Virus record (IMG/VR): IMGVR_UViG_3300046373_000136
Coordinates: 1-64,000 of that record
Source: a virus
Strand: one strand, 5' to 3'
DNA: 64,000 bases
Shown: positions 27,423 to 36,531 of the stretch, one piece after another
Layout: each line of letters begins with the position of its first letter
Position numbering within the stretch: the stretch's first letter is position 1
Notes under the pieces: generated by a model
Told to the model about the DNA's origin: nothing
The model's database searches: none
What the model saw: only the letters and a program-made list of their open reading frames with translations
Translations under genes and position numbers: made by a program

Positions 27423-29366
27423 ATGACATCACCCTCAGTCGCCCTTCCCACACCCCTCCAAGAGTATGTCCACAAGAGCCGGTACGCACGCTGGATTGAC
27501 AGCAAGCAACGCCGTGAAAACTGGGATGAAACCGTCGCCCGGTATGTTGACTACTTCACAAGCAAGTTCCCCGGCTATCCCCGTCAGCGCATCTATGACA
27601 GCATCGTCAGTCTCAAGACGATGCCGTCTATGCGTGCACTGATGACCGCTGGTCCAGCACTCGAACGTGATCCGATGGCAGGCTTCAACTGCGCCTTTGT
27701 TGCTATCGATGATGTCCGGGCCTTCGATGAAATCCTGTACGTTTTGATGTGCGGCACAGGCATGGGCTTCTCCGTTGAACGTCAGTTCATCGCCAAGTTG
27801 CCCATCATCGGAGCCAAGCCGGTCATGGATGCTGATGGCCTCATGTCCATCGCTACCATTGATGAGCTGACCCCGGTCAGCACCGTCATTCAGGTACGTG
27901 ACTCCAAAGGTGGATGGGCCGATGCCTTCCGCAAACTGATCCAGTCCCTCTATGCGGGGAAGATCCCAACCTGGGATATGTCCAAGATCAGGAAAGCCGG
28001 CGAGAAGCTGAAAGTCTTCGGTGGCCGTGCCAGTGGTCCTCAACCACTGATCGACCTGTTCCAGTTCACCGTGGACACGTTTAAAGGTGCTGTGGGCAGG
28101 AAGCTCAACAGCGTGGAGTGTCACGATCTGGTTTGCAAGATCGCTGACATCGTAGTCGTCGGTGGTGTGCGCCGCTCAGCACTAATAAGTCTGTCGAACC
28201 TGTCAGATGATCGCATGCGTGGAGCCAAGACCGGACAGTGGTGGATCGACAATCCGCAACGTGGCCTGGCCAATAACTCCGCAGCCTACACTGAGCGTCC
28301 ATCAGCCGAACTGTTCATGAAAGAATGGCTCAGCCTGGTGGAATCGAAGTCGGGTGAACGCGGAATCTTCAATCGCCAAGCAGCAATACGCAAGGCACTC
28401 GAAGGTGGACGCCGTGATGCTACCCAGCTCGTCGGCACCAACCCGTGTGCAGAAATTACCCTGCGCTCTGCTGGCCTGTGCAACCTGTCTGAAGTTGTCG
28501 TTCGTGCTGGTGACACACTGGAAGACCTGATGGACAAGATTGAAGTGGCTGTCATCACTGGTACCTACCAGTCGATGCTGACCAACTTCCGTCATGTACG
28601 TGCCATCTGGAAGAACAACCAGGAAGAAGAACGCCTTCTGGGTGTATCCCTGACCGGCATCATGGACCATGAAGTCCTGTCCATCACAGGACTGGAAGCA
28701 GCTTCCTGGCTCCAAAGCCTGAAGCGCCATGCCATTGAAGTCAACAAGGTCTGGGCTGACAAGCTGGGCATCAACCAATCGGTTGCAGTTACCACGGTGA
28801 AGCCATCCGGTACCGTATCCCAACTGGTCGATTCGGCCTCCGGCATCCACCCACGGTATTCGGAGTTCTATATCCGGACTGTGCGTGCAGACAAGAAAGA
28901 CCCGCTGGCTCAGCTCATGCGTAGTCAAGGCTTCCCCGTCGAAGACTGCGTGACCAAACCTGATACCACGGACATCTTCAGCTTCCCAGTGCAAGGTCCA
29001 GCACATGCGGTGTTCCGCAATGACCGGACTGCCATCGAACAGCTCGAACATTACCTGATGGTGCTGGACAATTTTGTCGAGCACAATGTCTCCATCACGG
29101 TGTATGTGAAAGATGAAGAATGGCTGGAAGTCGGTGCGTGGGTGTACAAGCACTTCGACAAGCTGGCCGGTGTTTCTTTCCTGCCGCACAGCGATCACAG
29201 CTATCGCCAAGCACCCTACACCGAATGCGACAAGGCAACCTATGAAGCCCTGCTGGCAAAGATGCCTGTAATGGACTGGGAAGCCCTGGCCAACTTCGAG
29301 AAGGATGATGCGACAGTTAATACGAAAGAGCTGGCTTGCTCTGGCGGCGTCTGCGAGATTCTGTAA
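27423..29366 (+). CDS. nrdJ: class II (adenosylcobalamin-dependent) ribonucleotide reductase
   Basis: SRYARW, PSMRA, FNCAF, GGVRRSA, TNPCAE, TVKPSGTVS, C-terminal ACSGGVCE; no NrdB partner gene. Confidence 0.93.
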   Translation: MTSPSVALPTPLQEYVHKSRYARWIDSKQRRENWDETVARYVDYFTSKFPGYPRQRIYDSIVSLKTMPSMRALMTAGPALERDPMAGFNCAFVAIDDVRAFDEILYVLMCGTGMGFSVERQFIAKLPIIGAKPVMDADGLMSIATIDELTPVSTVIQVRDSKGGWADAFRKLIQSLYAGKIPTWDMSKIRKAGEKLKVFGGRASGPQPLIDLFQFTVDTFKGAVGRKLNSVECHDLVCKIADIVVVGGVRRSALISLSNLSDDRMRGAKTGQWWIDNPQRGLANNSAAYTERPSAELFMKEWLSLVESKSGERGIFNRQAAIRKALEGGRRDATQLVGTNPCAEITLRSAGLCNLSEVVVRAGDTLEDLMDKIEVAVITGTYQSMLTNFRHVRAIWKNNQEEERLLGVSLTGIMDHEVLSITGLEAASWLQSLKRHAIEVNKVWADKLGINQSVAVTTVKPSGTVSQLVDSASGIHPRYSEFYIRTVRADKKDPLAQLMRSQGFPVEDCVTKPDTTDIFSFPVQGPAHAVFRNDRTAIEQLEHYLMVLDNFVEHNVSITVYVKDEEWLEVGAWVYKHFDKLAGVSFLPHSDHSYRQAPYTECDKATYEALLAKMPVMDWEALANFEKDDATVNTKELACSGGVCEIL

Positions 29367-29386
29367 GCAGGTATTTTCACTTCACA

Positions 29387-29409
29387 GGCGCCCTCCGGGG
29401 CGCTTTTTT
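29387..29409 (+). terminator. intrinsic terminator after nrdJ
   Basis: GCGCCC-TCCG-GGGCGC followed by TTTTTT. Confidence 0.8.
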
Positions 29410-29424
29410 ACCCTTGGAGATCAC

Positions 29425-29910
29425 ATGCATCAATGTAATCATCGTGGCTGTATTGATCAGGCGATCAAAGGCAGTCCTTATTGTGCTGGCCATGCATCAG
29501 CACAAGAAAAACGTGAGCTGGAAGCTGTTGTTGGTAAAGGTCCACATCCTGAAAATACTAATAGTGGATGGGTCAGTCCTGAAGCGGTTGCCGCATTTAA
29601 TAAGCAAACACAGAGCACCTGTATCGTCATGACTGAGCCAAAGAAAGAATCCTCCGGTGGTGACAACGACTACTGGGTAGCCAATATCACTGAACCGAAA
29701 CGCCTTGCTCCCTACAAGGCCGAAGCCGAAGACCTGATTGAACTGTTCCAGTTCAGCTTTGCAGAAGGCAATGCATTCAAAGCACTCTGGCGTATGGGCA
29801 TGGATCGTGTCGCTACGGGCAAGCCCGGCGACACTCCCCTGCGCAATGCCGAGAAGGTGGCCTACTACGGTAGCCGCATGGTTAAAGCAGAACAAAAGAA
29901 ACTGAAGTAA
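29425..29910 (+). CDS. hypothetical protein (N-terminal CxxxxC..CxxH finger, DUF3310-like C-terminus)
   Basis: Start after SD GGAG; SSGGDNDYW...EAEDLIE...FAEGNAFKALWR. Confidence 0.65.
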   Translation: MHQCNHRGCIDQAIKGSPYCAGHASAQEKRELEAVVGKGPHPENTNSGWVSPEAVAAFNKQTQSTCIVMTEPKKESSGGDNDYWVANITEPKRLAPYKAEAEDLIELFQFSFAEGNAFKALWRMGMDRVATGKPGDTPLRNAEKVAYYGSRMVKAEQKKLK

Positions 29911-29961
29911 TCCCCAGGGAGCCTCCGGCTCCTTCTCCGAATATCTCATTAAGGAATCCCC

Positions 29962-30948
29962 ATGACTGCTCGCTATTCCAACGTATCCGATGTGCCTCTG
30001 GCCATGGGTGTATTTCTCGCCACTGACACGTACGATCATGATGAACGTCCGTTCGTGATCAGTGCTACCAGCCTGATGAAACCACTGCGTCAGATCATCC
30101 TGCCGACACGCATTCCACCAGGACTGGCCTTGCCGAAACTGGCAGACCAGATCAGGACACAGATCGGCCGATCCGTTCACGATGCCATTGAACGTGCATG
30201 GCTGTACAACTATGCTCAGGCTATGACTGACATGGGTTATCCAGATCACGTCATAGCACGGGTCAGGCTCAACCCGACAGCAAAAGAATTAGACGATTGC
30301 CCAGACTGCATCCCCGTCTACGTGGAACAGCGTGCCGAGAAGAAGGTAGGCAAGTGGATCGTCACAGGCAAGTACGACATCATCGCTGATGGTCGTGTGC
30401 AGGATTATAAGACCGCTTCCATCTGGTCCTACATGAACCAGGTGAACAAAGAGAAGCAGGCCCAACAGGGCAGCATCTACAAGTGGCTCAACCCCGATAT
30501 CGTCTATGACGATCAGATCGACATTCACCATATCTTCCTGGATTGGTCAGCGGCCAAGACCAGTGATGTGAACTACCCACAGCGTGCCTTCATCATGCAA
30601 AGCATCGACCTGATGAGCGTGAACCAGACAGACCAGTTCGTCAAACGCAAGCTCGCCTTGCTGGAACGTTACTGGGATGCAGATGAAGCAAGCATCCCCG
30701 TCTGCACGGATGAAGAACTCTGGCGTTCGGACCCGGTGTTCAAGTACTACGGCAACGACACCAACGTCAAAGCCTCCAAGAATTTCAGTGACAAGTCCGA
30801 GGCGTACACCTACGTCGCAGACAAGGGCAAGGGCCACATCAAGGAAGTCCCTGGCACTGTCACCGCCTGCAAATACTGCAATGCCTTCCAGGCTTGCTCC
30901 CAGAAAGATGCCCTGATTGCAGGTGGCTTTCTCACATTCACCAGATAA
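29962..30948 (+). CDS. PD-(D/E)XK nuclease (Cas4-like, N4 conserved)
   Basis: ISATSL, GRSVHDAIE, EQR...GKYD...DYKT, C-terminal CKYC..C. Confidence 0.85.
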   Translation: MTARYSNVSDVPLAMGVFLATDTYDHDERPFVISATSLMKPLRQIILPTRIPPGLALPKLADQIRTQIGRSVHDAIERAWLYNYAQAMTDMGYPDHVIARVRLNPTAKELDDCPDCIPVYVEQRAEKKVGKWIVTGKYDIIADGRVQDYKTASIWSYMNQVNKEKQAQQGSIYKWLNPDIVYDDQIDIHHIFLDWSAAKTSDVNYPQRAFIMQSIDLMSVNQTDQFVKRKLALLERYWDADEASIPVCTDEELWRSDPVFKYYGNDTNVKASKNFSDKSEAYTYVADKGKGHIKEVPGTVTACKYCNAFQACSQKDALIAGGFLTFTR

Positions 30949-30956
30949 GGAACCCC

Positions 30957-33131
30957 ATGAAACCCTACGAGGAAATGGAATACAACGAGTCATCCGAAGA
31001 ATTGGTGCAGATTCTCTGCGCCAAGACTCAGAACAGCAACCCGCTGTTCTTCCGCATCCTGGTCGGCTACTACTTCAGCATGATGGCCTCCATGATGCGT
31101 TGTAAGATCGCTACCCATGACACCGGAGATATCCCGGTCAACATGTATGCCCTGAACCTGTCACCTTCCGGTACCGGTAAAGGCAAGTCCACCAACATCA
31201 TTGAAGGCACCGTCCTGAAAGCTTTCAGGACACGCTTTCTGGAAGAAACCTTCCCACTGCTGGCCAAGCAAAATCTGCCAGTGCTGGCGACTCGTCGTGC
31301 AGCCAAGAAGAATATCGATCCCGATGCCGAGCTGGAACGAGTCGAGAAGGAATTCGAAGGCTTGGGCGAGCTGTTGTTTAGCTTCAGCGAAGCCACCAGC
31401 CCAGCAATCAAGCAGGCCCGTGACAAGCTGCTCATGGCCGATGCAGGTTCCCTGAACTTGCAGATCGATGAGATTGGTTCCAATCTCTCAGGTGCTATTG
31501 AAGCCCTGAACACCTACCTTGAACTGTATGACGTGGGTCTGGTGAAGCGCAAGCTGACCAAGAACACGGCCGACAGCAAGCGTGGTGAAGAAATCATCGG
31601 CATGACACCAGCGAACCTGCTGATGTTCGGTACCCCAAGCAAGCTGCTGGACGGTGGCAAGAACGAGGAAGAATTTTATTCCCTGCTCGATACCGGTTAT
31701 GCACGACGCTGCATCATCGGCTATACCCGTGAATCGAACAAGCTCCTGGACCTCACTCCCGAGGAAATCTATGAGCTGACCGCGAGCACCGACACCGACC
31801 TGCTGCTGGAAGACATGGGCAAGCGGTTCGAAAACCTGGCTGACATCCAAGGCGTCAACAAGAAGCTGATCATCCAACGGGATACGGTCATCACCATGAT
31901 CGCGTACCGTCAGGCGTGCGAACGGCAAGCGTCAGCGTTGCCGGAGCACGATGAGATCAAGAAGACTGAAATGGCACACCGCTATTTCAAAGCACTCAAG
32001 CTGGCGGGTGCCTATGCCTTCATTGACGACTCACCCGAGTTGACCGAGGACCATCTGTACCAGGCCATTAAAGTGGTCGAAGACAGTGGCGAAGCATTCG
32101 GCCGACTGCTATCCCGTGATCGTCCTTACGTCAAGCTGGCCAAGTATCTGGCTGAGATTGGCAAGGAAGTCACACAAGCTGACCTGACGCAAGACCTCCC
32201 GTTCTACCGTGGTGCTGTCGCCATGAAACAGGAAATGATCAGCTTGGCGATTGCCTGGGCTTACAAGCACAACATCATCATCAAGAAAGCCTTCAGCGAT
32301 GGGATCGAGTTCTTGCGTGGGGAAGCATTGCAACCCACACAGACGGATGAGTTGATCATCAGCTACAGCGAAGACATGACCGAAGGCTACGAGAACGGCA
32401 CCGCTGCGTTCGAGGAACTGGGTCCGAACCTGATGGTGCTGCCCGATATGCATTGGGTCTCACATCATCTGGCCGGCGGTTATCGCAATGAGGATAACTG
32501 TCTCCCTGGCTTCAACATGATCGTGCTGGACGTAGATGGTGGCACCAAAATAGACGTGGTGCGTCAAGTGCTTAAGCCGTACAAGTACCTGCTGTACACC
32601 ACCAAGCGGCACACGGATGCAGAGCATCGCTTCCGGGTCATCATGCCGATGAGTTACACGCTGAAAATGGATTCCAAGGAATACAAGGAATTCATGAGCA
32701 ACGTGTGTGAATGGCTTCCCTTTGATTCTGATGAAGAAGCCTATCAACGTGGCCGCAAGTGGCTCACCAATGATGTCGCCGGGCAACCTGATGGTGTGGC
32801 TGAGTACAACGACAACCCGGATGCCGTGTTGTTCGATGTGCTGCCATTCATCCCGAAGACCAGCAAGAACGAAGACCGCAAGGACTTAATTAAGTCCCAA
32901 CAGTCGATGGACAAGCTGGAACGCTGGGTAATGAACAACATCGGTGACGGCAATCGTAATAACATGCTGCTCCGTTACGGCATGATGCTGGTCGATTCCG
33001 GTCTTGACCTGAGTTCAGTCCAGCAAAAGATCGTGGCATTAAACGAGAAGATCAGGGACAAGCTCAGTGAAATTGAGCTGGCCTCCACCATCTTTATCAG
33101 TGTCGCCAAAGCAATAGCCAAGCGGCCATAA
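30957..33131 (+). CDS. N4-type DNA primase (P-loop domain + prim-pol + PriCT)
   Basis: SGTGKGKS, IDEIG, VLDVDGG, YTTKRH...RFRV, GDGNRNNMLLRY; start reassigned to 30957 (SD TAAGGA). Confidence 0.88.
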   Translation: MKPYEEMEYNESSEELVQILCAKTQNSNPLFFRILVGYYFSMMASMMRCKIATHDTGDIPVNMYALNLSPSGTGKGKSTNIIEGTVLKAFRTRFLEETFPLLAKQNLPVLATRRAAKKNIDPDAELERVEKEFEGLGELLFSFSEATSPAIKQARDKLLMADAGSLNLQIDEIGSNLSGAIEALNTYLELYDVGLVKRKLTKNTADSKRGEEIIGMTPANLLMFGTPSKLLDGGKNEEEFYSLLDTGYARRCIIGYTRESNKLLDLTPEEIYELTASTDTDLLLEDMGKRFENLADIQGVNKKLIIQRDTVITMIAYRQACERQASALPEHDEIKKTEMAHRYFKALKLAGAYAFIDDSPELTEDHLYQAIKVVEDSGEAFGRLLSRDRPYVKLAKYLAEIGKEVTQADLTQDLPFYRGAVAMKQEMISLAIAWAYKHNIIIKKAFSDGIEFLRGEALQPTQTDELIISYSEDMTEGYENGTAAFEELGPNLMVLPDMHWVSHHLAGGYRNEDNCLPGFNMIVLDVDGGTKIDVVRQVLKPYKYLLYTTKRHTDAEHRFRVIMPMSYTLKMDSKEYKEFMSNVCEWLPFDSDEEAYQRGRKWLTNDVAGQPDGVAEYNDNPDAVLFDVLPFIPKTSKNEDRKDLIKSQQSMDKLERWVMNNIGDGNRNNMLLRYGMMLVDSGLDLSSVQQKIVALNEKIRDKLSEIELASTIFISVAKAIAKRP

Positions 33132-33135
33132 CCAC

Positions 33136-33153
33136 AGGGGGCTACGGCCCCCT
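33136..33153 (+). terminator. hairpin after primase
   Basis: AGGGGGC-TACG-GCCCCCT followed by a pyrimidine run. Confidence 0.55.
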
Positions 33154-33173
33154 CTCCTTTCTCCGAGGAAATA

Positions 33174-34016
33174 ATGGAAGACTTCTCCCAAGAATTTACG
33201 CAAGGCAAGATCAAGGATGCAATGAAACTAGCGAATGCTGGTTCCAGTGATCTGTGGATGGTTCCACCCCATCAAATTTGCATCAAGGATGGATTCAACA
33301 TCCGGACACGCAACCAAGCCTACGAGGACAAGGTTCTCTGGCTCATGGAGCAGATCAGCGTCAACGGCTTCGACCGTACCAAGCCGATCCCTGGTTTCGT
33401 GGCACTCGAAGACGGCAACAATGTCATCTACGCCATTGGCGGTCACAGACGCATGGAAGCGGTCCAGAGGCTCATCGAAGATGGGATGGAGATCGATGCT
33501 ATACCCATGGTCATGAAACCCCGTGGCACCTCCATGGAAGACCTCACAGTCGATCTGTACACGGACAACGAAAGTGATCCGGTGGACATGCTAGGCCAGG
33601 CTACTGCCGCCAAGCGCATGATCGGCTTCGGCACACCTGAGAAACGGATTGCCGAGCGCATGGGATGGTCACTTGAAAAGGTGAATGATTTACTCTCGCT
33701 GGCCTCCGCACCTTCGGCGCTACGCCAGCTCGTAGCCGAGGAAAAGGTAGCCGCAACTGTAGCTATCGACACCATCAAGAAGCATGGTGACAAGGCACTG
33801 GACAAGCTGCATGCAGCGTTGGCCAAGTCCAATGGCAAGGTGACTGCCAAGCACCTGGATACACCTGAAATTCTGTTCAAGAAGTATGTCAAGAAGCAGG
33901 CCCCTGTTCTGTTCAACACCTTGATTAAGGTACAGGCTGATCCTGGCTTCCAACATCTGTCAGAAGAAATGCAGATATTGGTTCTGGACTTGGTACACAA
34001 CGTCAAGCAGAAGTAG
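33174..34016 (+). CDS. ParB/Srx-family protein with HTH
   Basis: GFNIR...GFD..KPI...GGHRRMEA motif; HTH PEKRIAERMGWSLEKVNDLL. Confidence 0.85.
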   Translation: MEDFSQEFTQGKIKDAMKLANAGSSDLWMVPPHQICIKDGFNIRTRNQAYEDKVLWLMEQISVNGFDRTKPIPGFVALEDGNNVIYAIGGHRRMEAVQRLIEDGMEIDAIPMVMKPRGTSMEDLTVDLYTDNESDPVDMLGQATAAKRMIGFGTPEKRIAERMGWSLEKVNDLLSLASAPSALRQLVAEEKVAATVAIDTIKKHGDKALDKLHAALAKSNGKVTAKHLDTPEILFKKYVKKQAPVLFNTLIKVQADPGFQHLSEEMQILVLDLVHNVKQK

Positions 34017-34020
34017 ATGA

Positions 34021-34043
34021 ACAGGGACGCTCCGCGTCCTTGT
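34021..34043 (+). promoter_or_regulatory. candidate N4-type vRNAP hairpin promoter
   Basis: ACAGGGACGC-TCC-GCGTCCTTGT; template strand reads GC-GGA-GC; no U tract. Confidence 0.4.
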
Positions 34044-34097
34044 GCGAAAAATATAGGGACCATTCGGTCCAAACCCGAGAAGAAGGAAACTGAACCA

Positions 34098-34394
34098 ATG
34101 AGACAGTACCCCCGGCAATGTTTCGTCCTCACTCCTACGTTCCAGCTCAAGGAAATCACCATCACCAATGGTTATTCCTCACATGCCTATCCTGACTACG
34201 ATCAGGTACAGGATGGAAAGATTTTCCACGTCGATGAGCTGTACGCATCCAAGCAGGAAGCACTGGATGCTGGCGAACGCAAGGTCAATGAGCGCCAAAC
34301 CAAGCTGACCAAAATGCAAACCCGCCTCAATAAATGCGCTGACAACATCGCGTTGGCTCAAGCCAAACTCAACCAGGAGAAACCCAGTGTTTGA
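34098..34394 (+). CDS. hypothetical protein
   Basis: Start MRQYPR after SD AAGGA; C-terminal coiled coil. Confidence 0.65.
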   Translation: MRQYPRQCFVLTPTFQLKEITITNGYSSHAYPDYDQVQDGKIFHVDELYASKQEALDAGERKVNERQTKLTKMQTRLNKCADNIALAQAKLNQEKPSV

Positions 34395-34557
34395 TGATGA
34401 TGTGCCCAACACACAGCAACTTGTAAAAGACTGTTTTGAAATCATGGTCAACCGTGCCGCAGAAGACGGCTTCGTTGTAACCGTCGAGTAGCAACCCCTT
34501 CAACCTCTCGCCATGGGCAACTACGCAACCGTAGTCTCCGTGCGCCCTAAACGCTAA
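34387..34557 (+). pseudogene. small gene interrupted by in-frame TAG (nonsense or readthrough)
   Basis: SD AGGAG, GTG start; ...AAEDGFVVTVE*QPLQPLAMGNYATVVSVRPKR with TAG at 34489-34491. Confidence 0.55.
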
Positions 34558-34567
34558 AGGAAACATC

Positions 34568-35296
34568 GTGTCCGAAGGAAATAAGAACGTCGTGCTGGTC
34601 ATCGGACCACCGAACACTGGCAAGTCCACCTCACTGATGAAGCTGTCGAACCAAGACGAATTCGTCTACATGAATACGGACCTGAAGGAACTCCCATTCA
34701 AGCACAGCTTCATGGCCAGCGTCGAAGTCTCCGATCCCATTGATGTGCTCACGTACATTGACGAGATCGAGACCAACGATGCAGCCAAAGGCGGCGTGCT
34801 TGATACCATCACCTTCCTGATGGGCATGTACGAGCGCATGTACGTGAAGACCAGCGCCGATACCCAGAAAGCCTGGGGCGGCTATGGTGACTTTTACCGT
34901 GACTTCATCCACCGTATCAAGTCCGGCACCAAGGACTACGCCATCATGGGTCACACCGACACCGTGTATGACGAAGTGGCCTTGCAGAACGTCACCAAGG
35001 TGCCTATCAAGGGTGCAGTCGGCAAGATCGGTGTGGAAGCAGACTTCACCACCATCCTGTCCACCAAGCAGGTGCCCATCAAGTTGCTGGAAAAGCTGAA
35101 GATCGAAAACGATCTGCTGCACATCACGGACAACGAACGTGAAGACGGTTTCAAGTATGTCTTCTGCACCCGCGTCACCAAGGAATCGCTGGGCGAGAAG
35201 ATGCGCTCTGCCATGGGCCTCTGGAACCGCAACGAGCTGTACATCGACAACGATCTGGATCAGGTCTTTGCTCGTTTGAAAAAGTATTACGCCTGA
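34568..35296 (+). CDS. Sak4-like AAA ATPase / ssDNA-annealing protein (N4 gp44-like)
   Basis: GPPNTGKST, VLDTIT, GVEADFTTI; adjacent to SSB. Confidence 0.85.
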   Translation: MSEGNKNVVLVIGPPNTGKSTSLMKLSNQDEFVYMNTDLKELPFKHSFMASVEVSDPIDVLTYIDEIETNDAAKGGVLDTITFLMGMYERMYVKTSADTQKAWGGYGDFYRDFIHRIKSGTKDYAIMGHTDTVYDEVALQNVTKVPIKGAVGKIGVEADFTTILSTKQVPIKLLEKLKIENDLLHITDNEREDGFKYVFCTRVTKESLGEKMRSAMGLWNRNELYIDNDLDQVFARLKKYYA

Positions 35297-35340
35297 TCCA
35301 ACTGCATTACTATCTCACTCCCAACACAAGGAAATAAATC

Positions 35341-36081
35341 ATGTCCCTCCTCAAAAAACTCGCTACCTCCGACAAAGTTACCGTTGAAAAAGACCGCATT
35401 GGCGGTGGTGGATTCGTCCTCGATATGGACCTGTATCTGCTGAAGATCGTCCACGCTTACATCAGCACATCGGAATCCGAAGCCATGGCCCTGAACGTCA
35501 AGTTCGAGACCGAAGACGGCAAGACCCTGCGGTCCCAGTTCTGGATGACCAGCGGCAAAGAAAAGGGTGGCAAGAACACCTACATTGACAAGAAAGGCAC
35601 CGAGCACTATCTGCCAGGTTTCAACCAGGCCAACAGCCTGTGCATGCTGACCGTCGAGCAGGAAATCGGCACGATGGATACCGAAGACAAGCTGCTGGAA
35701 ATCTACAACGCCGAAGCCAAAGGCGAAGCACCAACCAACGTGCCATGCCTGGTGGACCTGTTCGGCACTCAAGTCTGGGCCGGCGTCCAGAAGCAAATCG
35801 TGGACAAGACCAGCAAGGAAAGCGGCTACCAGCCAACCGGCGAAACCCGCGAGCAGAACGAAATCGACAAGTTCTTCCATGCTGAAACCAAGCAAACCCT
35901 GTCGGAAGCACTGGCCGGCAGCGAAGCCGTCTTCTTTGAAACCTGGAAGAAGGAATTCGCTGGCAAGCCAGCCATCAACAAGGCCAAGGGTGCAGGTGTA
36001 GCCGGTGCCCCAGCCAAAGGTGGTGCTCCAGGTGCAGCCGCATCGGGCAAGACCACCAAGCCGCTGTTCGGCAAGAAGTAA
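35341..36081 (+). CDS. N4-type single-stranded DNA-binding protein
   Basis: SGKEKGGKNTY...YLPGF...GETREQNEIDKFF and C-terminal PLFGKK; syntenic with N4 gp45. Confidence 0.85.
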   Translation: MSLLKKLATSDKVTVEKDRIGGGGFVLDMDLYLLKIVHAYISTSESEAMALNVKFETEDGKTLRSQFWMTSGKEKGGKNTYIDKKGTEHYLPGFNQANSLCMLTVEQEIGTMDTEDKLLEIYNAEAKGEAPTNVPCLVDLFGTQVWAGVQKQIVDKTSKESGYQPTGETREQNEIDKFFHAETKQTLSEALAGSEAVFFETWKKEFAGKPAINKAKGAGVAGAPAKGGAPGAAASGKTTKPLFGKK

Positions 36082-36083
36082 CA

Positions 36084-36184
36084 GGGGAAAAGTCTCAGCA
36101 TTGCTGAGCAGAGGGATCACGAAAAAGCTAAGTGCGTGCAGTTCGTCATAGCCCAAGTTTGATCCTGCATCGGGAGGATACCCC
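36084..36184 (+). ncRNA. candidate structured leader RNA upstream of the sponge cluster
   Basis: Nested stems GGGG/CCCC, CTCAGC/GCTGAG, GGATCA/TGATCC, GCTA/TAGC; alternative stem ATCCT/AGGAT. Confidence 0.35.
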
Positions 36185-36210
36185 GTCATGTCAACCCACC
36201 AAGGAACTAC

Positions 36211-36531
36211 ATGAACAATGATCAAGCCATCGAAAAGATGGTAGTGGAGCAGAAGGCTACCGCTCCCCGTGTCGCTGCGGCGCACATCGAAGACATGATG
36301 AGCAAGGTGTCGTACATCACCATCGTACCGCCTGGTTCGACTTCGACCTTCGTCCACAGCTACTTCGAGAAGCGTTTTCACTTGGCCACCGGCCACAGTG
36401 GATGCGTGTCACCGGAAAACTTCCGTGCCGAGATCGGCCGTAAGGTTGCCATGGACAAGTGCATTGAACTGACCCGTGACAAGCTGTGGGAACTCGAAGG
36501 CTGGGCACTATTCCGGAGCATGAATCCATGA
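36211..36531 (+). CDS. N4 Gp49/Sf6 gp66 family protein (Acb4-like cyclic-nucleotide sponge)
   Basis: TAPRV...HIE...GHSGCVSPENFRAEIGRKVA...DKLWELEGWAL. Confidence 0.8.
   Translation: MNNDQAIEKMVVEQKATAPRVAAAHIEDMMSKVSYITIVPPGSTSTFVHSYFEKRFHLATGHSGCVSPENFRAEIGRKVAMDKCIELTRDKLWELEGWALFRSMNP

Noticed and set aside
29962-30948. CRISPR-Cas locus suggested by the Cas4-like nuclease
   Set aside because: No repeat-spacer array or other cas genes; this is a core N4-type replication nuclease.
34489-34491. Genome-wide TAG recoding
   Set aside because: TAG ends several clear genes (vRNAP, portal, ParB-like), long genes are uninterrupted under the standard code, and no suppressor tRNA is seen.
36082-36210. 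tRNA or hammerhead ribozyme
   Set aside because: No cloverleaf with T-loop and acceptor stem; the hammerhead core CUGANGA is absent.
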